Assembly (NCBI RefSeq): GCF_001194135.2
Contig: NC_068981.1
Coordinates: 43,127,642-43,181,806, forward strand
Direction of reading: 5' to 3'
DNA length: 54,165 bases
From: Octopus bimaculoides
Taxonomy: Eukaryota
In this document: one piece after another, positions 51,661 to 54,165 of the stretch
Layout: every line of letters starts with the position of its first letter
Numbering within the stretch: the stretch's first letter is position 1
The notes under the pieces: model-generated
The model's database searches: none
What the model saw: only the letters and a program-made list of their open reading frames with translations
Told to the model about the DNA's origin: nothing
Position numbers and translations under genes: made by a program

Positions 51661-52869
51661 GTTCAGATGTAATTATGGTATGAGGAATACAAGTGTAATT
51701 CACCTACCACACAGGTCGTCTTGTAATGTTGATCCTTTCTAGCAGAGATATATCCATAGGAACCCTATTCACCTAGCCTCTGACCAGAACCTAATAGCAA
51801 ATTCTCTCATTCATGCAGCCACTATAATCATCCTGAGCCACAGTCCTAAAGCAAAAAATGCCATCAAAGTCCTCCACCTGCTAACATGACCTCTCTTACT
51901 CCTCTCCTTCTATCAAGGCCCCTTTGCTATTTGCATGGTGTCACTGACACTATACTTCCAGCCCACCTTGGCCCCACATACCCTGCTGATCTCAAAGATA
52001 ACCCCAACGCCTCACATCATGTCAAAATCTGCCACCCACCTGAGTGGACATTTAACCTGCTGTGACCACTGCAGAGATGGAGCACTGCTTGAAACCTCTC
52101 CTCTTCCTTTGATGTCTGACAAATCAACAATCCTGCAGTCATCCAAGACATGATGTGACATTCCATCCACAGACACATTTTGAGAATTTACAGCCATTAC
52201 TATTCATTTTCCCTGTTGAGATATGCGGCAGACATGGGGGGTTGGGTGCTTGACCCAGACTTAATCCCCTATTGCACAAAGGAAGGCTCTCTCTCTCTTT
52301 CTCTCACTTTCACAGGTTGCTGCAATACTGTACACGGATGTTGCTATTTATATCTGAATATCATTCTGTGTGGCATCGTTAATAGAAGCTTAACCAATAT
52401 TCTTAGGCTATCTTCCCTGTATAGAAAGCCATTATGTTATCATAATCCTGCTTCAATTTCTGGCATCTGTATATACTTATTTTTTCAGTAGTTACTTCAC
52501 CCTCAGTAAAGTTTTAGGAAGTGAGTGGAAAAACAGAGCCGAAGCTACATGAAAGCTGGTTGATAGGAGAAACCATTTGTACATTATAAAGGAATCTGGA
52601 TACATATGATAATATATGTATATTGAAGATATATCAAAATGGGAAATATGTTCCTGGAATTTGGATAATTTGCAAGAAATCAGGATATTTCTTTGACATT
52701 TGTCATTTAACATTTTAATATCATTTGTTTGGCGGCTGGTGAAGAAAAATTTCTTTCTTTCTGGAGCGACGCCAGTAAATAAATTGTTTGTCATAGTCTG
52801 GAAACTTTTTGCATTATTCTTATGTTGTTGCTATATACATACATACATGTACGTATAAATGTAAATAGG

Positions 52870-54165
52870 TGGTGAACAAACTGTCATCTAAATAATGCAA
52901 AAATGAAAATAACACTGACATCTCATTTTAGCAGATATATTTACCAAAATTACAAAAGAGTATCTTGAAATACTATAAACTAAATTTATTTAATAAAATC
53001 ACCATTGGCTTCAAACACGGCCTCCAGACGACTTCAGAATCTCCAGCAACTCTTCTGAACTATCTCCTTGTTAAGTTGGTTAATGCTGCCATAATCCTTG
53101 CCTTCAGCTCATCTTTGGTGTTACAAGGACTTTTGTTGGTCTCTTGCTCTACTACTCTCCACACATAATAATCAAGGTGGTTGCAGTCTTGGGAGTTAGG
53201 TGGTCAGTTTTTAGGGGTGACGTGGTCACAGAAATTGTCTGACAGCCATGACTGGGTTCTCCTGCTTGTGTGGCATGGTGCAGAGTCCTGTTGTCAGACA
53301 TAGGGTCTTCCAGCAGTCACCTTCTTCACCCAGGGCACCACTACCTCTTCCAAGCACTTGATGTAGGCCTCTGTGTTGAGTCTGAATCCGTGTGGGAAGA
53401 TGAATGGAAGTATAACATCGCCATCACTAGTGATCTCTTCAAACATCATGATGTTGACTGAATGTTTGATTTTTATCACTCTCAGTACATGTTTTGGGGA
53501 CACAGCAGGTCAACAGTTGTTCTGTGTGTTCACCATCTGATCCTGGCAGGAAGTTTTCTCATGTGAGAAAAACTAAAGCTTGTTTGGTTGGCGGAGATGC
53601 TTGAGTTTGTTCAAAAGCTTCGTAGAATGGTCTTCCCTCTTGTCCTTGATGGCTTGGGATAAAAATTAGCCCTTTCTCAACTTGTATGAGAAATACCAAA
53701 TGTCTGCATGCACCACCTGCCTGAAAAGAGACTCAGACACTCCTATGTCTCTGGTGATGGACCTGATTGATTCGGAGGGATCGTTGTCAATGATGGCCTA
53801 GATTTCACCAACAAATTCATGAGTTCTTTTCTCATCAGAATGATCAGAGTGAGTTTTCTGAGCTGCCATACCTTCTTAATCATAATTAAACTCATTCAGC
53901 TTTTTCTGAATCCTCTGCACTGTCTTCAGATTAACACCCAAACGCTCTGAAATGTTTGTACTGTAGCTTCTGGCATAAATACCAAGCAGTATAGCATGTT
54001 GTTTCCAAATTACTGTCAGAGTGAATTGCATCATGGTACTGTTTTTCTCACAGATGGTGCCCAGCTGACACTACTACACTGTATAGTTGACAAAAGATAA
54101 AACAAAGAATGTGCATGTGCGAAATTAAAATATGAAATGGTGACAACTTACCCATCACACTCTGT
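52870..54165 (-). mobile_element. Decayed maT-like DD37D transposon reaching the window edge
   Basis: RPYV*QQDSAPCHTSRRTQSWLSDNFCDHVTPKN*PPNSQDCNHLDYYVW (D-x37-D). The end at 54140-54165 (reverse complement acagagtgtgatgggtaagttgtcac) resembles the TIR start of the 34485 element. Confidence 0.88.

Noticed and set aside
51690-52260. Possible decayed CR1/Jockey-like LINE 3' end
   Set aside because: Only faint motifs (LQP, HHVKIC); not confident enough to list as a feature.

Overview
Repeat-saturated, AT-rich eukaryotic DNA from a gapped draft assembly. It is most likely an octopus (coleoid cephalopod) intergenic or intronic region; this is an inference from SINE, LINE and microsatellite content, not a database result. 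I find no intact host protein-coding gene, tRNA, rRNA or CRISPR array, and almost all long ORFs in the track are microsatellite read-through. The window is a mosaic of decayed elements: mariner (DD34D) and maT-like (DD37D) DNA transposons, RTE, R4/Dong-like and CR1-like LINE fragments, Penelope-like RT and GIY-YIG relics, several SINE families (labelled A-D by me, not official names) and many microsatellites. The most interesting signal is a set of four hammerhead-ribozyme-like motifs from three different repeat families. One is at 2275-2302 and three lie within 24055-25250. All have a palindromic stem III, and one inverted pair shows compensatory base changes in a long stem II. Every copy carries core lesions, so activity is not claimed. 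Other notable structures: a long-TIR, internally deleted transposon nested in a DD37D-like element, a perfect 28-bp palindrome inside a decayed LINE RT, a shared AATAT start in SINE target-site duplications, and retroelements stacked in (AAT)n runs. Coordinates of decayed elements are approximate (read by eye).
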